DNA of 61,324 nucleotides, counting the filler, from Globobulimina sp. (lineage: Eukaryota): assembly GCA_003354225.1 (NCBI GenBank). It is 13 parts of 13 records of this genome, joined end to end, with 100 filler letters (N's around TTAATTAATTAA, not from the genome) between each part and the next. Parts side by side here need not be neighbours in the genome. Positions count along the whole stretch, not along the records: positions 47,274 to 51,892 come from PIVH01001057.1; positions 51,993 to 56,608 come from PIVH01001058.1; positions 56,709 to 61,324 come from PIVH01001059.1; 10 more parts are not named here. The stretch is one strand, 5' to 3'. The notes under the pieces are model-generated. The model had not been told where the DNA came from, searched no databases, and saw only the letters and a program-made list of their open reading frames with translations. Position 1 is the stretch's first letter. Each line of letters opens with the position of its first letter. Shown one piece after another: positions 47,274 through 59,296 of this stretch. The position numbers and the translations under genes were made by a program.

Positions 47274-47799
47274 CAAAACAATATTAAAATTGGTAAAATA
47301 TGTTGTGGTGTTTTGCATAATATATTATTACCATTAAATAACAAAGTTTTGATCTTTTTGTGTTGTGTTTTGTCTGTCATATACAAATATATTTTAATAA
47401 ATAAATAAGGTATATTGTTTTGGATACAATGGGGGGTATCAATGTGTAACTGGTTCAAATAAAACTGTATATTTTCCACAACCAAATGAAACATTAAAAA
47501 AGGAAACAATTATTGATATTAAATGTGGTATGCATCATAATATTATTAAAACAGAGGATAAGAAATATTATTTATGGGGATATAATAATTATAATCAATG
47601 TTTATATGTCTCAACATCAACATCGATTCTCTCATATTTTTCCAATCCGCCAGAATGTATTAAGAAACCCTTATTATTTAATTCAAATTATTTTGCAAAA
47701 GATAAAGAAATAATTGATATTTATGCGGGAGGTTATGAAACACGAATAATAATTGGTAATTGTAAAGAAAATAATGGAGATGAAAAAGATAATTTATGA
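47274..47799 (+). CDS. RCC1-repeat protein, C-terminal fragment; intron 47346-47409
   Basis: KICCGVLHNI...VYCFGYN..YQC...IIDIKCGMHHNII...YLWGYNNYNQC. Confidence 0.8.
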
Positions 47800-47982
47800 T
47801 TTGTTTTATTGGTCAGCCTACGAAGTGATCAATCTATGCATTGACTTGTTTTATGGTACAATTTAAGTATTCAACGTTGATTATTATTTTTCTGAGAAAC
47901 GGTTTGCAGAATAATATGCTGCCGTACGTTTTTGAAATTAATCAAGTTTTTGTGCTTTACATAAAACCTTTGTTACTAGTAC

Positions 47983-50473
47983 ATGCATAAAATCATGTCA
48001 CAAGTAATTCATCTTCTCTTTAAAGACCATACCACATTGGAGATCAAGGAATTATCAACATTTGGTCGTTTAACACCCGGATATGATACCATCAGTGGCA
48101 GAGTGAGCAGAATTCATATCCAAATAGAGCCGTTATCAGCAGATGACAACCGATCAAATAACGGTGTCAACTGCGCAGAACTAACACTCAAAAGTCATTA
48201 TTTACGAATAACATCAAATTCAATCTCAAACACTTACACGGAACCCGGCGATACCATATTTCTCAAACACAACGATATAATTAATTTAGTGTCAAATCAA
48301 CATAAAAATGATCAATTTATGTTTACAGTCCATTCACCAAACCCACAAATTGCAAAAAAAAAACGAAACAATGATAATTCATTGTTATTATCACCAACCA
48401 GAAAGAGAAGAAAATATTCCCTAAATAATGGAAATAATGATTCCATTCTCTATGATTACAATACAAATATTATGCGAGATCTATCACCAAATAATAATAA
48501 ATACAATAATAACAATTCAAATGTATTGAGTTTATCCGGTTTAATGACCTCAAATTTTGAGCGATCGCCTTCGAGAAATAGCTCCAATCCATCACCAATA
48601 TCATCTGCAAAATATAACCAATTCGCTTCCTTTCCAATCAGTGATAATTCACTTGTTATTCACAAGCAATTAAGCCATGATTTAAGCAGTGATGATGATG
48701 ATTTGTTATTGAATGAAAATGAAGAAAAGCAGAGTAAAATAAAAATTAATGATGAAAAAGAAAAGAAAAAACAAGAACAGCGATTAAAAGAAGAACAATT
48801 ATTCAACGAAGGAAGATATAATTTGGCCATTCCAATCATTGATTGTGAGAGATATAAATTTGATATTTATCAAACTATGAAAGTTATTGCAAATGTTTTG
48901 AATCAATTCATGTCCATTCATAGGTATGTTTTTATTTTATTTTTTTAGTTTTTATTCGCAGGTTGAAATTAACAGACATCCAAAGTTAAAAATTGTGGTG
49001 GTTGCCAGCAGTGAATTTAGTGACATTTTCTATAAGACATTGTTGGAAGAATATGGCTGTCAGTCATTAGAATTAGAAATCAATGATTTCGATCTCGATA
49101 CAAAATATAAAATTTTTGAAGCGGACGAAAGAATAATAATTTATTGCGGTGAATGGAGGGATATTATTAAATTAAAAGAGAATGGTTTATGTTGTCAAAA
49201 TTTAATGAATTTTACTTTTTGGAACTTTCATGCGAGAAAAGGTGATAAATTAAACAGATTAATCCATGCAAATTGTGCGCATTTAAGCGATTTATCCATT
49301 AAAAAACATCAAACTGCAAAGAAGAAATGTCATTGTTATTCGATTCAACTTAACGGCGAAAATGGCGGTGTTTTATATCAGACACAAAATATACGGAATA
49401 TTTTGCAAATATTAGCGCCAAATATGAATAAAAAATTGAATGACTTTATCTCAAATCAAGAAAATGCATATCTCAAATTAAAGGAAACGTATTTGAAAAT
49501 ATTCGAAGCATTTTATAAATCAACGCAACTAAAAAAACCATTAAATGATAAGTTTATTATCAAAGATGTGGCGAATTGGAACAATAAATCATTGATAAAA
49601 AAAGAAAACGTATCATTGACACAAACAAATTGCAAGGCAATGTCATTAGACATCGATGCTAAAAATGAATCAAAATCAAATGAAGAAAGTCTACATTTTT
49701 CATTAAAAGCAGTTCCAAAATATAACATATTAAATGCTTCTGAATGGCCACAATTTGATGGTTTTTGGAAGAATGCATTGTCAGTTTACATCCACGAGAA
49801 AAAAACACGAGATCCAAAATGGAATAAATGTATTTTTTATGAAGATGAGGAATATGTTATTATTTATGATCGATATTTTAAGGCTAAGATCCATTTATTA
49901 TTAATGCCGAAATATAAAATTCAAAGTATTGAGGATTTAGATCCCTTGAATGCTTTTCATATTTCATTGATTGAAGGGATGATCGCCAGAGCAAAATGGA
50001 TAAAAATTGGAATCTTGGCCAGAAATAAAGCAATTAATAATATTAAATATGGATTTCATTGCATTCCATCTATGAATCATTTACATTGTCATATAATATC
50101 GGATGATATGGACAGTAAAAATCTGAAAAATAAAAAACATTTTCATTCGTTTACTTCCAATTATTTTATTCCAGCAAAGATATTGTTGAAAGTCTTAAAA
50201 ACTGAGAAAAGAAAATTATCCGCAATCAATAAAACATATTATCGACAATTATTAAAAAAGGAATTAAAATGTCATTTTTGTTTTAATGAAATTAAAACCA
50301 TTCCAGCTTTAAAAAAACATATAAAACAATGTCAATTTGCTAAAAATAAAAGAAATCAAAATAAAATTAATTTCAATAATTCATTTGGCAGCAATAGTAA
50401 TAATAATATGAGTGATGATGAACAAAATGGATTTGAATCTTTTCAAATTGTGTTTGACTCTGACAATCCATAA
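47983..50473 (+). CDS. APTX: Aprataxin-like protein (FHA-like, Macro-like, HIT and zinc finger); 25-nt intron 48924-48948
   Basis: DRYFKAKIHLLLMP, GFHCIPSMNHLHCHIIS, LKNKKHFHSF and LKCHFC...IPALKKHI. N-terminal FGR...VSR.H is FHA-like. Confidence 0.85.
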
Positions 50474-50582
50474 AATTTAGATTGTTTACAAATATTTATA
50501 ATTTTGCCGGCAAATTCTGTTCAACCAAATAAGATGGATAAAAGTTCTGCACCTTTTACTTTAGAATAGGATGTATCCTATC

Positions 50583-50647
50583 TCAGATATATCTCGATAC
50601 ATCTAGGAAATATCATATGTATCTGAGATGTATCAAGATATATCTGA
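50583..50647. repeat. 22-bp inverted repeat (1 mismatch, 21-nt loop) within a GATATATC-rich tract
   Basis: TCAGATATATCTCGATACATCT (50583-50604) versus AGATGTATCAAGATATATCTGA (50626-50647). Confidence 0.8.
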
Positions 50648-50779
50648 TATATGTCTGAGATATATCATATCCTTCCTTAGATCATTCCTTTTCAGAAACT
50701 CCTTTGGCGAAGGTCAGTCTGAACAAGATCAATATTTACAAATAATAAAAATATTTTAAAGAAATTTTATGTTTGTTTA

Positions 50780-51892
50780 TCAATCATTTATGCAAACTAA
50801 ACAATGTTTGACATATTTAAACTGCTTTGCTTTTTCAGAAGGAACGATCAAACGACGATTTCTGCGTAATGCAGCCTTTAATTTGTACTTATTTCCGTAC
50901 TCTTTGCCATTACGAAGACATATGCATTTCTTTGCAATGATTTTACTTATTTTCTTCATCGATAAACCTCTCATTTCTGCTAATATTTTCAATCTTTGGT
51001 TTAAATCATCGAGTGCAATAACACCATTTCTTGTACGTAAACTTGAGAGAGAAGACACAATTGTCGAGGTTTCACAATCCTTATTCCGTTGAGTATGTTT
51101 GGGTGACAGCATTATTTCTCGCATCTGTTGCATGTTCAGATACTCTTCCTCTTTAACCACTGGTAACTGTGACAAATCTGATAATATGTATTATAAAAAC
51201 GAATGTTTCTAAATCTAAGAAGAATATTCAAATGAATTTTGCAAACCTGAGCTAAATGAGTATGTTGATAACTCTTCAAACATTTCTTCACAACTGTCGT
51301 ACGAGACCACTGTGGATCCACTCAAGCTTGAAACACTGGAATTTGTCGGTGTTGGGTCGACAAACACACAGTAATGTAACTTGTGTGGGTTCCATAACTT
51401 TCCTTTACAATTACGAGAGGAGTAGTTTTTGAATTTCTTTTTGAATGTTTTTTTAGTCACAATTTCTTCCCATACTAGGTCCCACATTTTGTAATTTATA
51501 TTCCATGAATCTATTTGTTTGCCTCCTTTTGCACCAATATGTAATACGACATGGAATTCATGTGTATCAGCAACAACCTCTGAGACATTGTCAAAAACAT
51601 TTTCGATAAATGTTCTGTTGGCGTTAAGGTTTTTGGGATCTGCCTCATTTCTCGGAAAAATAAAATAAATCTTATTGAAATAACCATACTTATTGGCAAA
51701 TTCAGTTTCTTTTAACTTAGTCGCATCAATTCTGTTCAAAACAGTCACTCCCATCGCTTTAAGAAACCGTTGATTGGTTTTTTGAGTTGTTTTGCAATCT
51801 GTTGTTATAGAATTGATGGCAGCGAAGGTGGTCGCCACCAAATTATTTGGATTGCATTGTTGAGAGATTGCTCTTGCAAATGTCAGATCCAT
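50780..51892 (-). CDS. DUF2431/Bmt5-like rRNA methyltransferase-domain protein; 5' truncated; intron 51178-51246
   Basis: DLTFA...LVATT...GVTVLNRIDATKL...FNKIYFIFP...EFHVVL...SWNI. A 69-nt intron joins the 50780-51175 ORF in frame. Confidence 0.75.
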
Positions 51893-53008
51893 NNNNNNNN
51901 NNNNNNNNNNNNNNNNNNNNNNNNNNNNNNNNNNNNTTAATTAATTAANNNNNNNNNNNNNNNNNNNNNNNNNNNNNNNNNNNNNNNNNNNNATGAAGCA
52001 AAATGAATAGCAGTGGAAGCGCCAATTCCAGAACTGGAACCTAAAAATGGCTACCATTAATTATTGTGGTATTCGAAGAGTGAAATATTATTTTATACCT
52101 GTGATAAGAGCAACCTTTCCAGCGATATTGGGCATTTTTTAGAAGTGCAAGCAACTGCTAGTGTTAGAATTGACAATACAGTATATTTGGTACAATGAAG
52201 TTATCCAACGTGCCGAGAAAGTAAAGAGTGGATGAATGAGAAGTAGAATAAATAAGAATCCAGAACAAGTTAGTCAATTGTCCAAAAAAAGCGTTTCTAA
52301 ACGGATGGATACATACTTTTTTTGGCAAAACCATGAAGGGAAATTGAATCCAATCATCTACAAAACATTGATTTGAACTAATTTTATATAAATTACTGTC
52401 AATTAGGAATATAGTAGAAGAAATTGAATGTAGTCGACAGTAAAAATAGGATACAAGTGGAAATTACTAACTATATTAAGTGGGTTTATTTATTTAATGG
52501 TTGGAGTCAAACACCTACACTTACTTTCAAAATTACCCTAGAAACTACGGCGGCTTGTCAACTTATAGTGGTGCATCAAAAAATGTCGAAATTTCACTTG
52601 AATGAACTAAACCCCCGAAACACTCTCCACGTCACTGAGTGAGTCAGACATTCGGTATCAGTATCAGTATCTTATCATTCAGTATTTTCCCCAGTATCAT
52701 TCAGAGTCTGAAAATGAATTATCGTATTGGTGTGTATATCGAATCGGGTCAGCCACAGCAGTGTACATATCCTGAGGTCACTTACAATTTAACAGCTTCC
52801 TTGCTGGAAGGTGTGGGGGGCGGGAGCCCACAAATTAAATTAAATTAAACTAAACAAATTAAGATTTTTATAAGGGAACCTGAAGTTGCAGAAATTCGAC
52901 TTTTAATCCATTTAATCTAGTTCAAAAGGATTTAGTGGGTTCCAATATTGTTGGTCAGTCGGGGTCACTCAATTATGACATTTCATCAGTAGAAAACATA
53001 ATATCGCT

Positions 53009-56000
53009 ACAACAACAATACATTTTATTTATACTGCACTAAAAGCAGTGAAGCACCGCGCGAGAGAGTACAGTGTTTAGAAAAGTTTAAATAAAGATTA
53101 GTTAAATAATAATAAAGTTAGTAGACTATACTCAGTCGCTAACACGCTGCTTGACTGCTTTTTTAAATTGATCAAAATTCAAATTTATACACTCGTCAGG
53201 TAAAGAATTCCATAATTTACAAGATATAATGAAAAAACTCTTATTACAACGGTCCCGGGTAAAAACTGGAATATAATATTGTTGTGAATTATTTAAGATG
53301 CATGTAGCTCTCGTTCTCACATTGAATATTTTCTGTTGAATGACATCTTCTGGTAGATAACGGAGCTGATAGTGATATTTGTATAATAATAATAGTCTCC
53401 TTTCATTGACAACATTTTCAATCTTCTTCCATCTCAAATGACATAATATTTCCTCATATGTCGATTGATAATCATTTGTTGCAAGTCTGGCAGCATATTT
53501 GTGTACGGACTCAAATTTACGTTTGTCTTTAGCATAGACTGGCCACACAACGGGAATGCTATACAGTAGAGATGGCAAAATGGTTTGGCAATAGAGTTTC
53601 TTAAAAACATATTGAGGTACAAACCGTCTGCAGGTTCGAGAAAAAGCTCCAATTGCACATTTACATTTTAAAGCAGTTTTGGCAGAATGTTCGGTCCATG
53701 ATAACTTCGGATCGAGCCAGACACCCAAATATTTGTAACAGTTGACTTGTTCTATACGAAAATCTTGTATGGCAGGAGTGAATTCCAAAGATGGTTTTGG
53801 ATTTGAGTCCGACAATGTAAACAACATATACTTTGTCTTGGAAATATTGAGTGTAAGACCAAGATACTTGTAGCAGTTTGTAATCAATTTTAAGTCATGT
53901 AGCATATCTCTTTGTTCAATCAATGTTTCTGCCTTTTTGAAATATGCCAGGTCGTCTGCATAACCAATAGAGAAAGCAGAATTTGATAACAATAATTGTT
54001 GAACAGGAGCAGTGTATGCATTAAACAGAAGTGGGCCCAAAATTGAACCCTGAGGTACACCAGAAATTACATCACGTTCTGAAGACAAGGAGCCACCAAC
54101 TCGCACACAATGAGTACGGTTTGATAAATAGGAATGTAGCCAGTTGAGGACACCAGCTGGTACTTGATAGGTAGAATCCAAAACTGTGAGCAGTCGACCA
54201 ATAGGAACTTTATCGAAAGCTTTGGACAGATCAAAAAATACTCCAACCACCTTGGTTGTCCCAACACAAGCATTAAACATGGCCAGCACTTTATGTTCTA
54301 ATAAGGCTAAGGCATCTTCTGTGGAGCGATGGCTTCGAAACCCATATTGTAAAAAGGGAAGCTTCTCATCAATAAGAGGTCCAAGGCGACGCAACACACA
54401 GCGTTCACATAACTTTGAAATAATGCATAAAAGGCTGACAGGACGATAGTCAACAGGCTTAGATGAATTGGCAACTTTCGGTATTGGAGAAACAGTGGCT
54501 TTTTTCCATTCAGAAGGAAACTGGCCTTCCACCAGAGACTTGTTTATGAGCAAGGTGACAGATGAAGCAATAATAGGAGCTGTATTAACCAACATGGAAG
54601 CCGTAATACCATCTGGGCCACATGATTTGGTCGTATCTAAGTACATAAGTTGCTCAAGAACCCAGTCATCATCACATAACCAATCAAAATCGATCTCCGC
54701 TGCAGGTTTATGAGGAGGGAGAGCACTAGGATCAGAAAATACAGTGTCATACTGGTCAGCCAGGAGATTGGCTTTCGCAGGGTTTGACACAACAACATCT
54801 CCATTAGCATCCTCAAGATCTGGAATTCCATTTACTTTAGCTTTCCCACCCACTCGTTTAAGAGTTTTCCAAAATTTTGATTGATTGGTGGCGCAGGATG
54901 TAAAAAGATCTCCATAGTAAGACTTTTTGGCAGCAGAAATGTCTTTTCTTAATGTCTTTCGTAACATAACAAATTTTGAATGATTTTGTGGGGTGGGGTT
55001 TGATTTCCACCTCCTGAATGCCTTGTTTCTTTCTTTTAAAAGTTGTTTAATCAGTGGAGTAAACCAACCTTTGTCACATTTCGCCCAGGGCACATTTTTC
55101 TTTGGTATAAATTGATCTGCAACAGTTAGGAAACATGTTTTCCATCGAGACCATGCTTGCTCCATATTTGTAGCTGTTGATACAAGTCCACACAAATCGA
55201 GATCAAATAGAATTTGGTTAATAGCGGACCAATCAGCACGATCGTAAAGCCAAACTGGCCGCTTTCCTTTGACTGGAAGGTTAACTTTGGCTTCCACATG
55301 AAACCAAACTTCAAAATGTGGATGTTGTATGTGGTTTTCAATGGGGCATCCCAAACCCCAGGTGACAATTGAAGGAGAAAAAAGCAGGTCCAAAGCACTA
55401 TTCCCATGTGTTGGTATATTGACCAATTGATGTAGACCAAATGGTTGACAAAATGATTGAAATTTGTAAGAATTTTGAGATAGGGCGTCCCAATTAAAGT
55501 CACCAGTGAGAAAAGTTTGACACTTGCTTTGGTCCAAACCAGATAGAAAGTTAGTAATACTGTCACAAAATTGTTCTTCTTCTTCTCCACTTTGATTTGG
55601 TGGTCTATAAGCTGTGGCAATAATTATGGGGACACGCTTTGTTCGAAATTGAATGGCCAACAACTCAGCATTCGGTTCGTCTCTGAGTCGTTTAGGAGAG
55701 AGTGATGTTTTGCAATAGATACCTACACCACCACCATTTTCGTTCCGGTCGCGTCTGAATAGAGTGTAACCAGGAATGTCAAAAGTCTCTGTAATATTTG
55801 TGCCCAATTTTGTCTCATTCAAACAAAAAGCAGCATAATCGTAGGACTGCAACAAAGCATAAATTTCAGAATGTTTGCCTCTGAGTGAATTAATATTAGC
55901 ACATCCAACCAACAAAGAGCCATTTGGAGGCAATTTCGTATCAGGAAGTGGAGGGCTAGGAGTTGGCGAGGGAGGACGGTCAAAAGTTAGATCAAATCCA

Positions 56001-56608
56001 GTCAATAAAGTTGCATCATATCGAGAGTCACAGTTATGACAGTAGTATGGTAAACCATTATATCGTACAGACCAAAGGCCACGACGGTCCAAGTCAGAAC
56101 ATTTTGCATGGACTTTCTCAGAACAGACAACACAAGTAAAAGGGTTAGATCTTCCATCTATTTGACGTTCACATTTGATACAAGTTGGCTTTGGGCCAGG
56201 ATTCAAAGCTATGTCACCACAAAGAAGTAATAGTAATAATCGATGTACATAGCTGGGATATACTTTTGAGATAGTAGTAGAGACAGGTCGGTAGCGACGG
56301 CCGTAATCAAGAGGGCACACAGTAAACGGGCAGCCATTATCAACGTTCAAAGAGGCCCGACCGAAAACAACACACGATAAAATGAAGGCAAAGGGCAACC
56401 AGACGAAAATTCTCATAATTAATAAGGAAATTGAATAAAGTCGAATTTCAATGAAAGACACAATGAAAGTTCACCAGATTGTCAAGAATAATAGTTGAGA
56501 TCGATAGTCAATTAGTGAAGTACTTTTTAGGCTTTAAAAATGAAGAAAAGTTCTATTTCAAAGTAAAGTAAATTTGTTAGCGAGAGCAGACACAACAAGA
56601 CAGCGGCC
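53009..56608 (-). mobile_element. Non-LTR retrotransposon (CR1/L2-group LINE), apparently near full length
   Basis: Intact APE-RT ORF. The 3' UTR has a short stem-loop, AAATAAAA and a (TTG)n tail at 53009-53050. Confidence 0.9.
53132..56461 (-). CDS. LINE ORF2: 2A-like peptide, PHD finger, AP endonuclease and reverse transcriptase
   Basis: GDIALNPGP; C..C...C..C...H..C...C..C; NINSL, LNETKL, GGGV, GDFN; YRPVSLL, DLSKAFD, GVPQGSILGPLLF, YADD, YKYLGV. Confidence 0.96.
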   Translation of the reverse strand: MSFIEIRLYSISLLIMRIFVWLPFAFILSCVVFGRASLNVDNGCPFTVCPLDYGRRYRPVSTTISKVYPSYVHRLLLLLLCGDIALNPGPKPTCIKCERQIDGRSNPFTCVVCSEKVHAKCSDLDRRGLWSVRYNGLPYYCHNCDSRYDATLLTGFDLTFDRPPSPTPSPPLPDTKLPPNGSLLVGCANINSLRGKHSEIYALLQSYDYAAFCLNETKLGTNITETFDIPGYTLFRRDRNENGGGVGIYCKTSLSPKRLRDEPNAELLAIQFRTKRVPIIIATAYRPPNQSGEEEEQFCDSITNFLSGLDQSKCQTFLTGDFNWDALSQNSYKFQSFCQPFGLHQLVNIPTHGNSALDLLFSPSIVTWGLGCPIENHIQHPHFEVWFHVEAKVNLPVKGKRPVWLYDRADWSAINQILFDLDLCGLVSTATNMEQAWSRWKTCFLTVADQFIPKKNVPWAKCDKGWFTPLIKQLLKERNKAFRRWKSNPTPQNHSKFVMLRKTLRKDISAAKKSYYGDLFTSCATNQSKFWKTLKRVGGKAKVNGIPDLEDANGDVVVSNPAKANLLADQYDTVFSDPSALPPHKPAAEIDFDWLCDDDWVLEQLMYLDTTKSCGPDGITASMLVNTAPIIASSVTLLINKSLVEGQFPSEWKKATVSPIPKVANSSKPVDYRPVSLLCIISKLCERCVLRRLGPLIDEKLPFLQYGFRSHRSTEDALALLEHKVLAMFNACVGTTKVVGVFFDLSKAFDKVPIGRLLTVLDSTYQVPAGVLNWLHSYLSNRTHCVRVGGSLSSERDVISGVPQGSILGPLLFNAYTAPVQQLLLSNSAFSIGYADDLAYFKKAETLIEQRDMLHDLKLITNCYKYLGLTLNISKTKYMLFTLSDSNPKPSLEFTPAIQDFRIEQVNCYKYLGVWLDPKLSWTEHSAKTALKCKCAIGAFSRTCRRFVPQYVFKKLYCQTILPSLLYSIPVVWPVYAKDKRKFESVHKYAARLATNDYQSTYEEILCHLRWKKIENVVNERRLLLLYKYHYQLRYLPEDVIQQKIFNVRTRATCILNNSQQYYIPVFTRDRCNKSFFIISCKLWNSLPDECINLNFDQFKKAVKQRVSD

Positions 56609-56708
56609 NNNNNNNNNNNNNNNNNNNNNNNNNNNNNNNNNNNNNNNNNNNNTTAATTAATTAANNNNNNNNNNNNNNNNNNNNNNNNNNNNNNNNNNNN
56701 NNNNNNNN

Positions 56709-59083
56709 CTCCTAAATTGTGATGCTTTTTTATCTCCGACAGTACGCCTATTACCACTGTAATGATTAATATTTGATGAGCGTTGTGGTGGTGGTGGTTG
56801 TGGGTATTTTGCTTTTGTATTTCTGCTCGATTTCACAACTTTTTTTACTTTGCGTGTCATATTTAGACGTGGCGGATGAATGCTGTTCATATTATTTGTA
56901 GTATTTGATGGAGGCTTTCTGACCCAACGATAATTAGAACGAACCGATTTTGCCGGATTATTATAATTATGTCGTTTTTTCATATAATTTGGATATTTTG
57001 GCCTTTGCGGAGGCTGTGCTTTATATCTTGATGTTTTTGGATAAAATTTATTGAAATTATTATTATTATATCGATTATTATTATTATTATTAGTTTGTTT
57101 TTTTACAGCTGGTTGTGATGAATTACTCGTTGTCGATGTTCGGTAGGTTTTAGTTCCGGATATATACGAATTATTATAGGAACGCCGTCTGTTGTTATAA
57201 TTGTTTTTATTTTTTTTATTTTTATATTTATTTTTATTTTTTTTATTTCGTTTTTGTTTATTTTTATTTTTATTTCTTATTTTGCGCGAATTTGGAGGAG
57301 GATGAAAAGTTGGCGTTAAAACGGACTTTCTTAGTTCATCCAAATATGTTCTCCGCACTTCGCGCATTGAATAGGTGGCCTCCCTCGCGGTCGACGCATA
57401 GGTTGCTTTGCCTCTTCTTGTTCGAGTTATATCCGTTTCATTCCAACCATTAATTTGTTTGTTAATTACAGAAAGATTTAATTTCGGAATACTTGGTTTG
57501 TTCGCTTCAACCAAATGATGGTTGAGCAGTTTTTGCGGTGTTAAATTATTGTTATATATTTTCGGCGGCGTTTTATTCATTCTTTGCGGCGAACGAATAT
57601 TTATTGGAACATAATATCTTCGATTGTGATGAGCTGATGATGGCCGTATTGGTATTGGTATTGAGGTCGGAGTTGGATTATTATTATTCTTTATTTTTGA
57701 AATATGCTTATTTTTATTGTGTATTATATGGTTTGGTTTATAATTTCGTTGTTTCTTTGTTGATTGCGTTTGAATTTGTGGCTGTTGCTGATTGTTTGAC
57801 ATATTTTTTTTAAAATTGTATTGTTGTAATATTGCTGCTGATGTTTGCATAGTATTCGTAGTAATTTCTGTATTTTCTTTATTTTGTTCATTTATTGTTG
57901 TAATTTTAGCAGAATCATCTATTTGTGTTTTTTTATTTTGGTTAATTTTTAATAATATTTTATCAATCATAGCTGCATTTTTATTGACATTTATTGAATT
58001 CGCAGATTGATTATTTTCGCGCAATTTTAGTAATTGATAGGTGGCATAAATATGATCGTGTTTTCGTTGCTTGATAGAAATTAATGATTGCTTGATATCA
58101 AAACCAATCAATTCCATTTGTTTTAATACATTGTCATTTAATTTGTCATTATCAATATTACCCTCCGTCTTATGGGGGACAATAATATCAATTGTTTTAT
58201 ATGGCGGCAAAGGATCGGAGAGCACAGATTGTTGTCGATACCATGGATGTTTACGAATATCTTCAACCGTATATCTCTGCGTTGGATCTGTATTTAATAG
58301 CTTATGGAATAATGATTTTGCAGCGTTACTAATCCATGATGGCGATTCAAAATGTCCTTTGATGATTTTTTTATATAAAATGTTTGTGTTTGGATGTTCG
58401 AATGGTAAGTAGCCGCATAACAAGGCATATAAAATAATTCCGATACTCCATATATCGGCGGATTGTCCTATATATGGTTTACCGGCAATCATTTCTGGTG
58501 CGGCATAGCATGGAGAGCCGCATGCTGTTTTCAAATATTTGTATTTTTTTTCTATGATTTGACCCAACCCAAAATCTACAATTTTTATTTCATTGAATTT
58601 ATTTAGCAGCAAATTTTCTGGCTTCAAGTCTCTGTGAATTATGCCCGATTTGTGGCAGTAATCAACCCCATTTATAATCATATGCAAAAATTTACACCCC
58701 TCAGATTCTGAGAGACGCGTTTTTGAGACAATGTAGTCAAATACTTCGCCATTGTTTGCATATTCCATGATTAAAAATATATATTTGTTTGTATCAATCA
58801 CTTCATATAAACGTATGATATTTATGTGGCGGATCCTTTTCAATATAGATATTTCTCTCGATACTCTTTCAATATCTGCCTGATCAACAATTTTTTTTTT
58901 AACTAATATTTTAATGGCGACTTCAATTCCGGATAATTTATGTGTTCCTAAGCGGACTTTACCAAATGTACCTTCACCAATTACTTTTCCAACTGCATAA
59001 TGTTCACATATTTCTGGACCGTATTTTGCTGATAATATACGTTTTTGATTTCGTTTTTGATGTAGTGCAGATCTATTAGGCAT
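56709..59083 (-). CDS. SNF1/AMPK/MARK-related Ser/Thr kinase with UBA-like region and an N/K/R-rich tail; truncated
   Basis: GEGTFGKV, VAIK, HRDLKPEN, DFG and LKTACGSPCYAAPE. Confidence 0.95.
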
Positions 59084-59188
59084 TGCGCAGAATCAATTAT
59101 TTTGACATCACTATGCTTGTTATCTGACGTAATTAATAATTAATTTCATTACATAATAATTATATGTTCGTTGCTGAAACTAACTTTG

Positions 59189-59228
59189 TTGATGATTGAA
59201 ATTAATATAATTGATGATTGAAATTAAT
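59189..59228. repeat. 18-bp direct repeat (TTGATGATTGAAATTAAT x2) between divergent genes
   Basis: Copies at 59189-59206 and 59211-59228. Confidence 0.8.
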
Positions 59229-59296
59229 TTCGAAGCTAAAAAAAACTGTCAGTTAATGCGCGCGAGAACCGTTGATTGACTGTTTCCATTGAATAA

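Noticed and set aside
52424-52848. Two short ORFs and CAGTAT repeats downstream of the LINE
   Set aside because: Non-ATG starts and no recognisable motifs. Probably degenerate non-coding repeat sequence.
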